64,000 nt of DNA from Octopus vulgaris (GCA_951406725.2 OX597815.1:63984001-64048000); one strand, 5' to 3'. Numbered from the stretch's first letter, positions 13,091 to 28,250 are shown. Numbers and translations: made by a program. The notes: generated by a model not told the origin, from the sequence alone.

Positions 13091-13240
13091 AATGGTGACA
13101 ATGGTGACTGCACTAACGGCAATTGATGAAGAAAGAGCATGAAAGAAGTAAAGAAGAAAAAAGAGAAGCAAAATAAAAATGCTTGCTTATCAAAGCTGCA
13201 AAAACACAACAAACAACAAAGGTAAAAGAACACAAGCATC

Positions 13241-13287
<47 letters not shown>

Positions 13288-13357
13288 TAATAATGAGGAC
13301 TATGATGATGATAACAACAACAACAACAACAACAACAGCAACAACAACAACAACAAC

Positions 13358-13419
<62 letters not shown>

Positions 13420-13520
13420 TAATAATGATAATAATATTAATAATAATAATAATAATGATAATAATAATAATAATGATAATAATAATAATAATAATAATAA
13501 TGATAATAATGATAATAATA

Positions 13521-13593
<73 letters not shown>

Positions 13594-13609
13594 TAATAAT
13601 GATAATAAT

Positions 13610-13680
<71 letters not shown>

Positions 13681-13705
13681 TAATAATGATAATAATGATA
13701 ATAAT

Positions 13706-13740
<35 letters not shown>

Positions 13741-13756
13741 TAATAATGATAATAAT

Positions 13757-13824
<68 letters not shown>

Positions 13825-13885
13825 TAATAATAATAATAATGATAATAATAATAATAATAATAATAATGATAATAATGATAATAAT

Positions 13886-13962
<77 letters not shown>

Positions 13963-13979
13963 TAATAATAATAATAATG

Positions 13980-14010
<31 letters not shown>

Positions 14011-14026
14011 TAATAATGATAATAAT

Positions 14027-14097
<71 letters not shown>
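13241..14097. repeat. ~850-bp (ATA)n microsatellite with recurring ATG/TTA variants
   Basis: Directly visible; produces the spurious 326-aa poly-Ile ORF. Confidence 0.95.
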
Positions 14098-14099
<2 letters not shown>

Positions 14100-15076
14100 G
14101 CTAAGAAAACAATACAGAAATCGAACTATCAATCAATAAATGTACAAATAAATACATAAAATAGAAAATAAAATAAACGACAGGAATGAAGATGAGAAAT
14201 GATGACTTCTATGTTGGTCGTCTTTTTCTTTTTCTCTCAAACCCTCACTCCCTATTAATTTCTTTTATCTCTCCCTCTCTCTTTTTCTCTCTCCCCTCTC
14301 TGATATATATATATATATATACGTACTCACGCACAACACGCACATGCACTCACATATACATACACATTCATAAATACATGCGCAAATGTACACACATTCT
14401 ATGCACATCACGCACTCCTCAAAATAATCTGATACACATTTAAAGACATATAAGCGCGATTTCACATACACACATGCACACATACATATACATACATGCA
14501 TATATACATACGGATATACATTTGTGTGGGTGTATGAGATGTGTGTGTGTGTGTGAGGTGTGAGTGTGTGTGTGTGTACGGCATGTAAGAGTTTGTGTAT
14601 GTACGTGTGTATTGCATCAGGAAAGCTTGAGTTGCATGACCTGTTCAATGTTCGTCCATAAACATTAGTAGAGAGATGGATTTTTATTACAGGGAGTGCT
14701 GTAAAAATGGCCGAAATACTCTCATCTTCCTTCATCCATGTATTGACAGGCTTTAGTCATTCATTGGTTGCCAAGATGGAGTGTTTTCTTTAAAGGGTTT
14801 GCTCAATTATACTGACCACACCACTTTCTATGGGGCACAGTTTATCGACCTCCTAAGGGCAGAAATTCAAAGTTGACGCAGGGAGGAAAAGGACGTTACC
14901 AAGATAGAACTAAACACTAAGTACCTTAATATACTATGAAGAATGACACCAGTCTTCATGTATAGAACAGAATCTCTCTCTTCCCTCACTTCCTCTCTCT
15001 GTCTCTGTATGTTTCTGTCTGTCCTCCTCACTCTATCTGCCGCGGTCTCTCTCTTTCGTTCTCTGTTTCTCTTTCG

Positions 15077-15131
<55 letters not shown>

Positions 15132-15188
15132 CTATTTGTCTGTCTGTCTCTCTGTCTCTGTCTCTGTCTGTCCGTCTCTCTCTATATA

Positions 15189-15296
<108 letters not shown>

Positions 15297-17094
15297 AAAT
15301 TATCTATCTCCCTCTCTCACTCCTTACTTTCGTTCTGATAGCTATTTCTCGATCTGTACAATTTTCTGTCTTGTTTATATTCATTCTCCACCGCGAAGCT
15401 CTTCTGTTTCCTCTCGGAAAAAGCATTTTGACATTTTTATTTTATTCTCGTGTCCGATACACAGTTTGGTTCGCTTCATTTTGTAGTTTTCTGTTCGTAA
15501 AAGAGTTACGTATATAGTTATTCCCCCTTTTTTCTTTTGTCATAACCTCCACGGTCTTGCCCTACTCTCCATGTCTGTGCTGTACATTTCTTTTGGTACT
15601 TCCCTCCTACCATTTCGTACCTATCATTTCACAATTATTTCTTATCTGTGTGTCTCATCTCTCACGCATACAAAGTATATAAGTATATTTCTTCACTTCG
15701 TCCTTATCTCTTCATCACCATATTAATTCTTACGAATATTCGTGCGTCCATGGCATAAGTTAAGATTAATCAGTACTATCTTCAACGTCGAAACTGCTTA
15801 TTCCTAAGATTATATAGCTAATGAAACGAAACTTCTACCGGTTATTGCATCTATATTTGTGCTCTTGTATTATAACTTTTGTAGAAAATAATTGTCTCGA
15901 TGAACTCTTTTCTTAAAAAACTTCTACTTTCATAAATTTTGTTAGGGACCTTCATCATCATCAGACTTCCTGAAAAGGATTGCAATAAGGCACGTTATTT
16001 TAATTACACAAATGGTAGGAAGCTACCAACAATATCAAAAGGCGCTGAAATAAGCCAGTCGTATATATATATGTGTGTGTGTGTGTGTGTTTGTGCTTGT
16101 GTGTGTGTGTGTTTGTGCCTGTGTGTGTGTGTGTATATGTGTGTGTTTGTGCCTGTGTTTGTCCCCATCATCGCTTGACAACCGGTGTTGGTGTGTTTAC
16201 GTCCTCGTAACTTACCGGTTCGTTAATGAGAAACCAGGCTTCAAAAACAAATAAAAGCTGGGGCACATTCATTTGATTAAAATCCTTTCAAAGCGTTACC
16301 ACTTTGTCTGATGGAACATTTTCTTTTATTAATTCTCTTGTTTCAATCGTTACAGTGTGACCATACTGGGGCACCACTTTGAAGGGTTTTGTTGGAACAA
16401 TTCACCCCAATTACTCTTTTAATGCCTAATACATATACAACCGAACAACTAAGTTACGAAAACTTGAAATAGCAGCCACCAATTCTCAAGGCGTATGTGT
16501 ACAAACACATTGTCAATATACTAAAATACACACATGATAATGCTATGGTGATCAAAAAGATTTTGGCAAATAAATCTTGAAGCACCTCCACGTATATGAG
16601 GATAAAAGGTAATCCCACAGAAAATGTAAATATACCTAATTATTCAACTACTTTGCATAACAGGATTTCACCATTGGAAGGCTGAGTATCACCTGACGAA
16701 ATGGCAAGGTTACGCGTTATTCAGAATTATGTAATATGTAATTTGTTATGATTTTTAAATAACCACGTTGTTGAAGCGCGTATAGTGATATTTTGAGCTG
16801 TTCATTCTTACTTGCTTGTACACATACATACACATACTCACACACGCACATACACACACACATAATTAACTGAGGTAGAAGCAATATTATTACTAATCTT
16901 TATCTCCAGCTTAAATTGGATCTGTGTTTGAATACTGCGTTATTTACACTGACAAGAATACTTATATGGACCAGCGGTTTATAAAAGCAATCGTATTTAT
17001 ACCGTTGACAGATCAGAACCATCTGTTACAGCCACCTAAACTGCCAGGCAACGCGATTTCGCCCTGTTGTTGGCTCCTCAGTTATAGAATCCCA

Positions 17095-17445
17095 GACGTT
17101 TCTAACCGTAAATTTGTTTTGGAAGGGTAAAGTGTTGTACAGCACTAAGCCCACTTTTCAGCGTAATCAGCTATAAAATCAGTGATCCTATTGAGATTGA
17201 GACGACCAGAAACGAACTTTACCTCAGTATATTCTTTTTAAAGTTTTCCTTTTCCTAGAAGTAAGTTCTAACGAGAACTAGGATGCTTCACTCTCAGTGG
17301 TTCACACGTTAATTAACTCTTAGGTAGGACCCTAACAGGTGTTGCTACTCTGGGGCAGAATAGACCCTGGAACAATAGTAATTAACAGCTGGATTCACAC
17401 TCCACAAAACCCTGGAACGCCCGTTTAAAGTCATGTCTGGGACAT
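17095..17445 (-). mobile_element. Interspersed repeat copy 1 (probably RTE-related non-autonomous element)
   Basis: Collinear with 18415-18769. Contains the reverse complement of the TCTAG(G/A)AGA.GGAAA.CTC motif found in the RTE 5' UTR at 45273-45290 and 45403-45421. Confidence 0.55.
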
Positions 17446-17756
17446 ACATATCTATATGTATATCTATATATTTATCTATTTATATGTGTGTGTACCTGTG
17501 TGTATACGAATAATTTCATATGTATGTATATACATACATGCACACACACACACACACATGCATATATATACACACATACATACGTACTCACAGACACACA
17601 TACACGCATACATAATATAAAGATATATATGTATATATATATATGTATATATGTGTATATAAATGTGTATATATATACATGTATATATATATATATATAC
17701 ATACATACACACATACATGCATATATATATACATGAATATATATATATATATATAT

Positions 17757-17791
<35 letters not shown>

Positions 17792-18414
17792 CAGAGGTAG
17801 TATTAATACCAAATGGTAAAATATTCGCCACTTAAAAGTGGACGTTGTGTTGGTATTAAACAAAAACTGCAATATTTATTAAGAGATAAATAGTCTTATA
17901 TGGTCTTAGGGTACATAAAAGCACGTCATAGCTATCACCAGCGACAGACACTCACTGCTATTTCCACTGACAAGACCACCAGATCGCCTCTTTTGGCCTT
18001 GTCAATGGTACATTTCTGGCTTCTAGAAAAAGCAGTAACTGCTGCGCTAGGGATATACATAGAGATACAGAGCCAATTAGGCATTGGCCTCGTTAAAAGC
18101 CAGTGGGTTTATTAAAAAGCAACAACAAAAATGGCAGTTAGATCTCACAGTATTACGCAGTTTCTTTCACCATGTATTGTCGTCACACGAAGTAATGTAT
18201 TTATCAGATCAACAACATAAAGGTATATATACACCGACAAATAGATCATGGGACTTGCTCACACACAAACACATGTATAAATATACCACTTACAGACAGT
18301 ATATTTTACATATATGCAAGGGATTGCATATACATACATGGCGGAAATCAACACGTGACCGAATAAGACCACTTGCTAAACTCAGTGAGTCCTTGCAAAT
18401 GTTTCGAGTGTCCA

Positions 18415-18769
18415 AAAATTTCCTGTTGTGAATTCGTTTCGCGTAGATAAAGTGTTGCACTGGACTAAATCCACTTTTCAGTGCCGTCAGCTATAAGACC
18501 AGTGAGGTAACAGCGGTTGAGACCACCAGAAACCAACTGCTCTTCAGGTTTCTTTCCGTATACGAGTTTACCTTCTCCTAGAAGAAAGTTCTAACGAGAA
18601 CTAGGATCTTTCTCTCCCAGGGGTTCACATGCTAGATAACCCTTAGGTGGGGCGCTAATAGGTGCTGCTAATCTGGGACAGACTAGACCTGGGAACAGCA
18701 AAAACTAAGAACTGGTTCCATAACCGGGACAGCATTACAGGATGTAGTTTAATGTCACACCCAGAACAT
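18415..18769 (-). mobile_element. Interspersed repeat copy 2 (probably RTE-related)
   Basis: Diverged direct repeat of 17095-17445 (e.g. aagttctaacgagaactaggat in both). Confidence 0.55.
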
Positions 18770-19025
18770 ACATAATCATACACACACACGTACACGCACA
18801 CACGGACACACGTACAAGCGCGGAATATCACAAACTACGTGTCTAGGCGAAATTCACAGCATATACGCACACTCACTTACATATACATAAACACATACAT
18901 ACACATGCACTCATATATATAAAAATACATATACATACGTATGTATGCATGTATATAAGTATAGTCACGTGTGTGGCTGTTTATACTCGTATATCAATGT
19001 TTTCAAATATATAGATGCATACATA

Positions 19026-19089
<64 letters not shown>

Positions 19090-20076
19090 GTATGTATATG
19101 TATATATATATATATATATGTATATGTATATACATACATATATATATATAAGGTTTTGCATTAGTAGAGCTTATGGTACATTATTTCAGTCTACAAATAT
19201 ATGGCTATGTGTGTGTGTTTCGCCATTCTGGACCACATCAGATTACAGCTTGTTAAACCCAGTTATTCACTTCCAACAATGTCGTCTATACATTTGACGC
19301 GATCGATTCGAAAATCTGACGCCATCTTTTATTGGTTGTTTATTTTATTAGTTTTTACAATATTTTATTTTACTTCATTATATTTTATTTCATTTTTATT
19401 GGGGATGGCGGATGGGTTGGTCGAAGATAGTACTCGTTATTGTTGTGGTGCTGATGGTATTAATGTTGGTGATGTATGCGGTCTTAATACGCTTATTGCT
19501 GGTAGGTGTGATAACGGTTGTGGTGGCGGGGCATGGCGTTTGCCGTCATCGCTATTGTGGTAGTGGTGCTGTTATTGGTCGTAATGGTGATAGTCATTGA
19601 ATTAGTCAGGTGGGGGGCGTCGTTGCCGTCGTCATAAACATTGTCGTCGTCAACATTGTGGTTGTAATGGTGGTGATGGTGTTGCTGTTCCTGGGAGGGA
19701 CGGTGGTGGAGGTGATTGTGATGGTGATTGTGATAGTGGTGGTGGCGTTGGTGGTAGTGATGGTGGTGCTGTTCTTGGGTGGATGGCGGTGGTGTTATTG
19801 GTGATGGTCGCTGTGGTGGTGGTGGTCGTCGTTGTCATTATGGCTGCCTTGAAGGTCACGGTGATAGTAATAGTGATGGTGGTGGTGGTGGCGGTGTTGG
19901 TGAATTAGACAGTTGCATGGTGTGAAGATAGAAAAAAGGCCTTCCGTTTTGGTGATGGTGACGATGGAGTCAATAGTGTTGTCGTTGTTGTAAGTGGTAG
20001 TGGTGGGGGAGAATAATGGCGACGGTGATTGTAGCGGAGACAGTTCCATGGTGTGAACATAGGTCTTTCATTGTTC

Positions 20077-20156
<80 letters not shown>

Positions 20157-20889
20157 CACACATATATATGTATATATACATATACACATATATATTTACA
20201 TATATATACATATATATATATATATATAAATACATATATATATATATACATACATACACACACGCACATGCACACACACACACCACACACACACACACAC
20301 ACATATATATATGTATGTATATATATCTTGTTGAGACGTTGCCAGTAAGATTTTGTTGTGCTGGTTAGGTTAGTATTGCTGTTGTTGTTGTTGTTGTTTG
20401 TTCTAGTGATGTTAGTGGTGATGGCGGTGACGGTAGTGGTAGTGGTAGTGGTTGATGGTAATGGTACAGTAGATGTGATAGTGTGGTGGTGATGGTGGGG
20501 TCGCTAGAGGCGGTGTTGCTGGCAGGCATCCTTCAGAAGCAATGTTGATAGAGATATTCATCTCGTCGTGGTGATCATACTAGTGGCGATGGTGTTGGTG
20601 GTGGTGCTGCTGCTGGTACTGACGATATCTCTGAGATTTACAATAGACGAGAGGTAGATTTGAAGTGGTCGTGAAGGTAATAACGTTGTTGCTGCGGTCG
20701 TGATGGTGGTCTCGAGGGTGTCACTTGTACAAAATACAATGTGTTTTTTTTGTTGTTGTTGTTTAGCTGTGGTTCAATTCCGACTCTACAGACTTCTGAT
20801 CAAAACCATTCCAGCTATAACAGCTATAACTTCCTTCTGGATATATTGCACACTGTTCTACATTGTTCAACGTCTCCTTTTTTCAAAAT

Positions 20890-21095
20890 GGTAGGCTGTG
20901 ACTTCCATTAGGTACCTTCGTAACGCGGAGTAGATGAAACATGGATAACTGAAGAAGGGGAATATTCTTTATGTTGTATGTCTCGTTTCTCTGTTTGCTT
21001 TTTTCGTTGTTCGAAGAAAAGTTCGTTTCTATGTTTTTGTTTTTATGTTTTCGTATCTCATTGTGTTCAACGCTTTTTTGATGTCCTGTACCCAT
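20890..21095 (+). mobile_element. PLE terminal-repeat fragment
   Basis: cggagtaga...aactgaagaaggg..ttctttatgttg matches the reverse complement of 57965-58020, the end of the minus-strand PLE. Confidence 0.5.
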
Positions 21096-21236
21096 ATATG
21101 CATGTATATATATACATATATATGTAGGTATGTACATATATGTATGTATATAAGCATATATTTATATATTATTTATTTTATTTTAAGAAGTTCTAGTTGA
21201 GTGAACAATCAGCGGATGTACGTGTTGTTTTGTAGG

Positions 21237-21305
<69 letters not shown>

Positions 21306-21350
21306 ACACACACACAAACACACACAGTAATTCTCCTGTTGATTACATAC

Positions 21351-21400
<50 letters not shown>

Positions 21401-21683
21401 GTGCATATGTGTGTGTGTGCGTGTGTGTGTGTGCTTTCGTTGCAAATGTTTTTTTTTCTACGGTGCCGAGTATAAAATCCTGTAAATAATAATAATGGTA
21501 TATTTAGATAAGCTTAAAGCTTATGGCGATCACTGTGCAATGACTAAAGAAAATAGTCTAATAAAGGGGCATATAAGCCCTTCACAGAAAAAAAGGTTTT
21601 CCTATTCGCGTGATATTCGAGCCTTGTTAACGCGTCTAAGTGTGTTACCTTACACCAGCGAATCAGTCTCACCATTTCTGTAA

Positions 21684-21975
21684 AATATGACCAAAGACTG
21701 TGTGTACCCCATCCCAAGCAGTTGTGGTAAGGTATACAAAGGCGAAACATGCTGCCCACTCAAATTAAGCGTAGAGAACATCGTAAAGCTGTGACACGAG
21801 ATGTTGATAAGTCGGGTATAGCTGATCATGCATAGAAAACCGGAGACCAGCTTCCCCTCTGGGATGAAGTTAAAATAATAGACAGAGAACACCACTGGAA
21901 AATACGGAAACTAAAAAGGGCAGCACATGTGCTAGCAGACCTAGTTCAGATATGAATAGAATATGGGAACCGGTA
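21684..21975 (+). pseudogene. PLE GIY-YIG endonuclease fragment
   Basis: Frameshifted translation NMTKDCVYPIPSSCGKVYKGETCCPLK..EHRKAV..KSGIADHA*..LPLWDEVKIIDREHHWKIRKLKRAAH gives the VY...YxGET / EH GIY-YIG motifs. Confidence 0.8.
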
Positions 21976-22094
21976 ATAAGAAAAGATACAAAAATATTAG
22001 GATTATAAGCCCTAAAATTCACTCTACAATTGCCCACGGGCATATAGCGTAATGGTTAAGAGCCCGTCTAATGTAAATAGTGTATATATGTATG

Positions 22095-22161
<67 letters not shown>

Positions 22162-22194
22162 ATGTGTGTGTGCGTGTGTGTATATATATATACT

Positions 22195-22236
<42 letters not shown>

Positions 22237-22301
22237 CATGCATACATACATACATACATACATACATACATACATACATACATACATACATACATACATA
22301 C

Positions 22302-22345
<44 letters not shown>

Positions 22346-22482
22346 CAAAAATTTAGATTCAGATGACCTTAGATTTTGATATACAAAGATTTGATAAGCA
22401 AGACTATAAATTTAAACTAACCCTAAAAAACAGTGACAAGCTAGATCTCTAACAAGTCTTTTTCCTGATAGCTTAGTAGCTT

Positions 22483-22552
22483 TGAAGCTGAAAGGGAGGG
22501 ACCAATCATCTTTGTTCAATTAAATTGAGTCGCTTGAAACGATCGTACTTCA
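22483..22552 (+). ncRNA. Decayed hammerhead motif
   Basis: tgaag-CTGAAAG-(long imperfect stem II)-GAAA-c(gatc)g-TA-cttca; stem I is perfect but the CUGANGA box is mutated. Confidence 0.5.
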
Positions 22553-23182
22553 TTACCTCTGGATATCCTGTTGCTTATTTTGATTAAATATATACATATA
22601 TATATACATGCATAAATATATTTACGAGCTCCACGCCTGAGGTGACAGTGTATATAAATATATACACACACTATAACATCAGACCGACCCAAACCTTGAG
22701 AGTGGACTTCGTACACAGAAACTGAAAGAAGACTGTCGTATATGAGTATATTTCTATGTGCGTGTGTGTCAGTATTTGTACCCCCACCATCGCTTGTCAA
22801 CCGATTTTACTGTGTTTATGTCCGCAAAAGAGACCGATAGACTAAGTACTAAGCTTACAAAGAAAGATACTAAAGGCAGTGCTCCAGCATGGCGCAGTCA
22901 AATGACTGAAACAAATAAATTAGAAGAATGTGTATATATATATATACATGTGTGTGTGTATACATACATATATATATATATGTATATATATACATGTATA
23001 TACTTATATACACACACACATATATATATGTATATATATACATATATATATATATATGTATACATGTATATATATATATGTATATATATATGAATATATA
23101 TATATATGTGTATATAAATATAAATATATGTATCTTTCTATATATATTCGTATATATATTCAGATATATATATACATGTATA

Positions 23183-23232
<50 letters not shown>

Positions 23233-23299
23233 TATAAAATAATGGTAGTAGACAGATATAATTTTAAGGGTAACATTTATAGATTTATTACAACGAAAC

Positions 23300-23850
23300 A
23301 TTTATCACTCATTTATCACCTTTGGGCAATTACTGCTTCCACACGATAATGAATCATTTTGGCAGCTGCCGCAATCTCCACCTCTTTAATTTTCAGTGTC
23401 GCAAGCACGATGAAGGTCTTCAAATTGTTGACACTCGAATGTGGTGAAGCATTGGAGTACACCCCATAAAAAGTAATCCAGAAGGTTGAGATCTGGGCTA
23501 TTAATGGGCTAGATGTTATCCATCACAAAAAAATAGCACCTTCTCACCAAGGAAGGCCTTGTTACTTTTGACCTACGGTATGGTGCAGAATTCTTGATAA
23601 GCCCAAACTTCATCTCCATCCAAGGTAACAGAGAGTTCTTCAGGATGTCCAGATACTCCTTTGTACCAATCTTCAAATCAGACTCAATGAAGTGTGGATC
23701 CATGACACATCACTTGCTACGGCTCCAAATACCATCACAAAGGCAGGATTCTTAGTCTCAAACACAGAGGGACGTCGCAATGTTTGTATACCTTCACGCG
23801 AGAATTTCTGCAATTCACTTCAGCGTCCACAGTGAACTTCTTGTAGACAA
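23300..23850 (-). mobile_element. Tc1/mariner-superfamily (maT/Tc1-like) transposase remnant
   Basis: Minus-strand PHFIESDLKIGTKEYLDILKNSLLPW..NSAP...PINSPDLNLLDYFLWGVL; the SPDLNxLD motif resembles DDD-type catalytic domains. Confidence 0.75.
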
Positions 23851-23863
23851 ACATAAATATATG

Positions 23864-23922
<59 letters not shown>

Positions 23923-24181
23923 CAATAAGATAATGGAGGGGATCAATAGGTGTTATTCATTAACTTTTAGACATTATATTATGTCAATTTATTTGTTTAC
24001 TAAAATGACAATTATAACAATATACATACTTGTATAACATATTATGCTTTACATATATAATATATAAAATATAAAAATATCAGTAATTATTAAAATATAC
24101 AAGATATAGCAATAGAAATTGGGATATCCCTTGGTTGGTTGGATTCACAACCTCTAACTTTCTTGGAATTAATATATATAT

Positions 24182-24340
24182 TGTGGCTGTGTGGTAAGTA
24201 GCTTGCTAACCAACCACATGGTTCCGGGTTCAGTCCCACTGCGTGGAACCTTGGGCAAGTGTCTTCTGCTATAGCCCCGGGCCGACCAATGCCTTGTGAG
24301 TGGATTTGGTAGGCAAAAACTGAAAGAAGCCCGTCGTATA
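24182..24340 (+). mobile_element. tRNA-derived SINE (5' part)
   Basis: gtggctgtgtggtaag...gggttcagtccc head and accttgggcaagtgtct core-like segment; related copies at 34255-34400, 44900-45035 and 63195-63580. Confidence 0.8.
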
Positions 24341-24362
24341 TATGTATATATATATGTGTGCG

Positions 24363-24494
24363 TATTATTATTATTATTATTATTATTATCATTATTATTA
24401 TTATTATTGTTATTATTATCATTATTATTATCATTATTATTATCATTATTATTATTAATATTATTATCATTATTATTATTATCATTATCATTAC

Positions 24495-24563
<69 letters not shown>

Positions 24564-24571
24564 CATTATCA

Positions 24572-24608
<37 letters not shown>

Positions 24609-24644
24609 CATTATTATTTTTTATTATTATTATTATTATTATTA

Positions 24645-24703
<59 letters not shown>
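24363..24703. repeat. (TTA)n microsatellite
   Basis: Directly visible. Confidence 0.95.
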
Positions 24704-24705
<2 letters not shown>

Positions 24706-24709
24706 GCCT

Positions 24710-25095
24710 TTGAGCTTGTAGAAGAGTTGTCTCGCTAGACAAAGTGCTTAACAGCACTTTATATTCTGAGTTCAAATTCCGTCGATAAATAAGTACTTGC
24801 TGAGAAGTGGGGGGAGGGTCGAGGTAATAGAATTAACCCTCCCCCGGAACGTACTTGCCTTGTGCCAATATTTGAAATCGTTAGAAAGTGAACTGGTAGA
24901 ATCGTTAGCACGCCGGAAAAAATGCTTAGCAACATTTCGTCCGTTTTTACGTTCTGATTTCATATTCTGCTGATATCGCCTTTGCTTTCCATCCTTTTGT
25001 GGTCGTTAAATGAAATACTAGTCAAAAATTGGGGTCGATTCAATCGATTTAGCACCTCCTCCAAACCTGCTGGCCTTGTACCAAAATTTGAATCC
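24710..25095 (+). mobile_element. Two tandem SINE copies
   Basis: Repeated ctggtagaatcgttagcacgccgg..aaatgcttag and ggggtcgat...gccttgt(g/a)ccaa(a/t)atttgaa modules. Confidence 0.7.
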
Positions 25096-25490
25096 ATTAT
25101 TATTCTTGTTTATAGAAGTAGTAGACGGAAAAGAAAGGGAGGAGGAGATATACATATTTGATGATGGTATTAGTGGTTGGGGCTACTTTTGTCAGTAATT
25201 GTGGTATGTCTCGTGGCTGTGGTGAATGGCGTTTACAGTTGTGAGGTTCCCTCCCAATCTGTATTCTTCACACGATTGTCATTCCATCGTCATCATTATC
25301 ATCATCACCGTCACCACCAGAGCCGCCATCCTGATAGTAAAACTTCAACATCCAACATCTCACCCCGCTCCTTCCACAACCACACCATCCACGGCCACAA
25401 TCACCAGCAGCAGTAACTGCCAACCGACAGCCGCAGCATCAGCAGCAACATCAGATTCACCGTTAGAGTCGTAAACAGTGATTCTCTCAT

Positions 25491-25531
<41 letters not shown>

Positions 25532-26369
25532 TATCATCGTCGTCGTCGTCATCGCCATTGTCGTCGTCGTCTTGGTCGTTGTTGTCATCGCCATCACACT
25601 CTACTAGTGTTACCCACCTTCTCCTCATTCATTCTCATCTGATAGCACTAACAACAGCCTCATTCATCATCATCATCGTCATCATGGCCGTCACTACTAC
25701 AACCACCGTTACCATTATCAACATCCTACCTTTGTTTCCTCTTCCCCTCTGTCTTCTACCCTCGACCACATCATCTGATTGCACCAACAGCAGCTGCACC
25801 ATCTCTGTCACCATTAACAGCAGCTGCACCAACTCTGCCACCACTAACAGCAGCGCCACCAGCACCAGCAGCAGCAGCAGCACGAACAGCAATTATCACA
25901 AATCTAAACTTACGGCAACGAAAACAGCAAGTTTAACGTTAATAGTAATGGTGGTGAAAAAATAATATGACAGAAATATAACAAAAAATAACCGATTCAA
26001 AATAACAATAAAAGAAAGGAGAGAGAGAGAGAGAAAAAGGAAAAGAGAGTAAGAGAGAGAGTAAAGAAAAGAGAGGAACAGAAAGAGAGGCGGTGAGAGG
26101 GAGAGAGGGAGAGAGAGAGCCGAAAGAGTGGCAACGGCGATAGAAATGGCAGAGATGTGAAAGAAGGAAGCAATAAAACACTCCATCTGAGCAGCAGCGG
26201 CATAAGCAGCAGCAGCGGCAACAGCAGCAGCAGCGGCAACAGCGGAGCAGCGGCAGCAACGGTAGCAGCAGTGATAGTCATTAGAATATTAACAGCTGCA
26301 GCAGTAAGAGGAATAATTCCATCATCAGAACCATTAGTTAGAGAGAAAACAAGAAAAGAAACGAAGTTC

Positions 26370-26418
<49 letters not shown>

Positions 26419-26689
26419 GTGGAAAATGGGAAGAAAAACGAAAATAAAAGCAAAAGCCTTGCAGCAACGCTGAGAAAAACAATAGAAAACTGTCGGCAAT
26501 AACATCAACAACATCATCGTCATCATCATTATTAATAACGTTTTGTTTATTAAGCCCAAGTGTTGACAAAAATATCGAGGATGGCTCAAAACGTTACAGT
26601 GTGTGATTACATGAAAAACAAAACAAATATTAATAAGGGAAATAACCAAAAACGAAATAAAACAGATTTCCACAAAATGACGAGACTTC

Positions 26690-28250
26690 GTGGGTTACTC
26701 GCAACGGTTACCCTGACCACTAAGGCAAGTGACATCTCCCAGTCGTCTTTCTCAAACGTCTAGGTGCATACTTAGTGCAAGCCAGATCACTCAGATCATT
26801 TTTGCCATTCATGAGGGTTTGATCAAGAGGAAAAGAGTCTATCTCCAGTCTTTTCAATCTTTTCTGCCACATATCCTCTTTCACCAAAGCCACCGGGCAG
26901 ATAAATACTGCCTGTCCTTCCCAAGAAAAGCACATCGTCAGCCATAGTATCTTCAGTCATCCTCTCAGTTGGTGTTTGCATCAAATGGAGCCCCCGACCA
27001 GTTGAACTAATCTCTTTCACTGAAAGTGGAAAAGCAGACACTTCAATCTAGTAAGACGTGAACCTGGACAAGGCATGACGATCAAGCGAATAGATGACAG
27101 AAGCAATGGAACCGTTTGTCATTTGGATAACTTTCTCTCAGGCAATTTTTAGCATACAACGTTGTTGAACGGCATAGACCTACCCCACATCCAGTTGTCG
27201 AGCTGCAGACCCAGCATTTCCTGGTTGATTTTTGCTCCTGTCACCACTCGATGTGCATTAGAGTATCACTTATCACCTCTATGTGCCTGGTGTCCGACCT
27301 TATTACAGTGACTTGGTCTACATATGCCAAGATAGATCACACGCATGGAATGCCGTTCCCCCGATGGATCCAGCTTGCACAAGCTACAGGATCATAACAT
27401 ATCGAAAAAAATTAAAGGGAACATTAACGGAGTGGGCATACGATATTGAATAATTCTGACAGGTGGCCATTCACTGTAACCTTCGAGCCCATGTCGCTGA
27501 AAATTTCAGTGATCCAGTTCCTAAAGACAGGACCGAAACCGACTGATGTAAGGACAGAGCCGCCAAGTATTGGTAGTCGATCCTATCGAAAGTTTTCGAT
27601 TGATCTAAGGTGATGAGGGCCTTACTCATGACAGTTTTCTTACCCACCAATCTTTTTGGCATATCGCATATCGTGGAGCTTTTCTGAGATAGAACTATTC
27701 GGGATGGCGCATATTTGTGCTTCACCAAAAAGACTACCGACTACAAGCGCTAACTCTTGGCTAGCAACTTAGCTAATATCCTGAAATCTGTGTTTCAATT
27801 TTTTCTCTTCGACTCACAGAACTAGGATTTCTCCTGTTCTTCCATTTGCGATATCTATCGTTTTATGGTTATATGCCCAACAAATCTGACATATAAAAGT
27901 AAAGTTAGTAGGGCAGACCTATCATACCAGGGGATTTTCCCCTTGTCCAGCTAACCAATGTTTTCCATATATCCGAGTCTGTTATCGGTTTTTCTCAACA
28001 CTCCACCTTCGTTGACAAGAGTCGTAGCAGGTTGTAAAAATAGGCATTAAAATTTATCCGGTGATCCTGCCTGTCCCTCGCCCCGAACAGCCCAGCAAAA
28101 ATACTGCTGAAAAGGTCACACACATCCATTTAGAATCGACTAACTCGCTCTCATTATGGTCTGTCAAAGATTGAATTACAGCTTTCCTGCCATGCTGCAC
28201 TTTCACCCTTCGGGATCATCTAACAGCTTTCTTCCTTCGTGTCTTAGATC
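26690..28250 (-). pseudogene. Tx1/L1-clade LINE ORF2 remnant (RT to C-terminus), internally deleted
   Basis: Minus-strand motifs GKSPGMIGLPY, DFRILAKLLAK and KALITLDQSKTFDRIDYQYL (RT subdomain LDxxKAFD). C-terminal AVFICPVALVKEDMWQKRLK is homologous to 35630-35850. Confidence 0.8.

Noticed and set aside
13179-14159. 326-aa ORF
   Set aside because: Poly-Ile translation of (ATA)n; no coding signal.
25250-26420. Poly-His/Asp/Ser/Gln low-complexity ORFs resembling transcription factor exons (also 19400-20050, 36300-36880, 48230-48990)
   Set aside because: Decayed trinucleotide repeats with frequent frame changes and no convincing splice sites or conserved domain.
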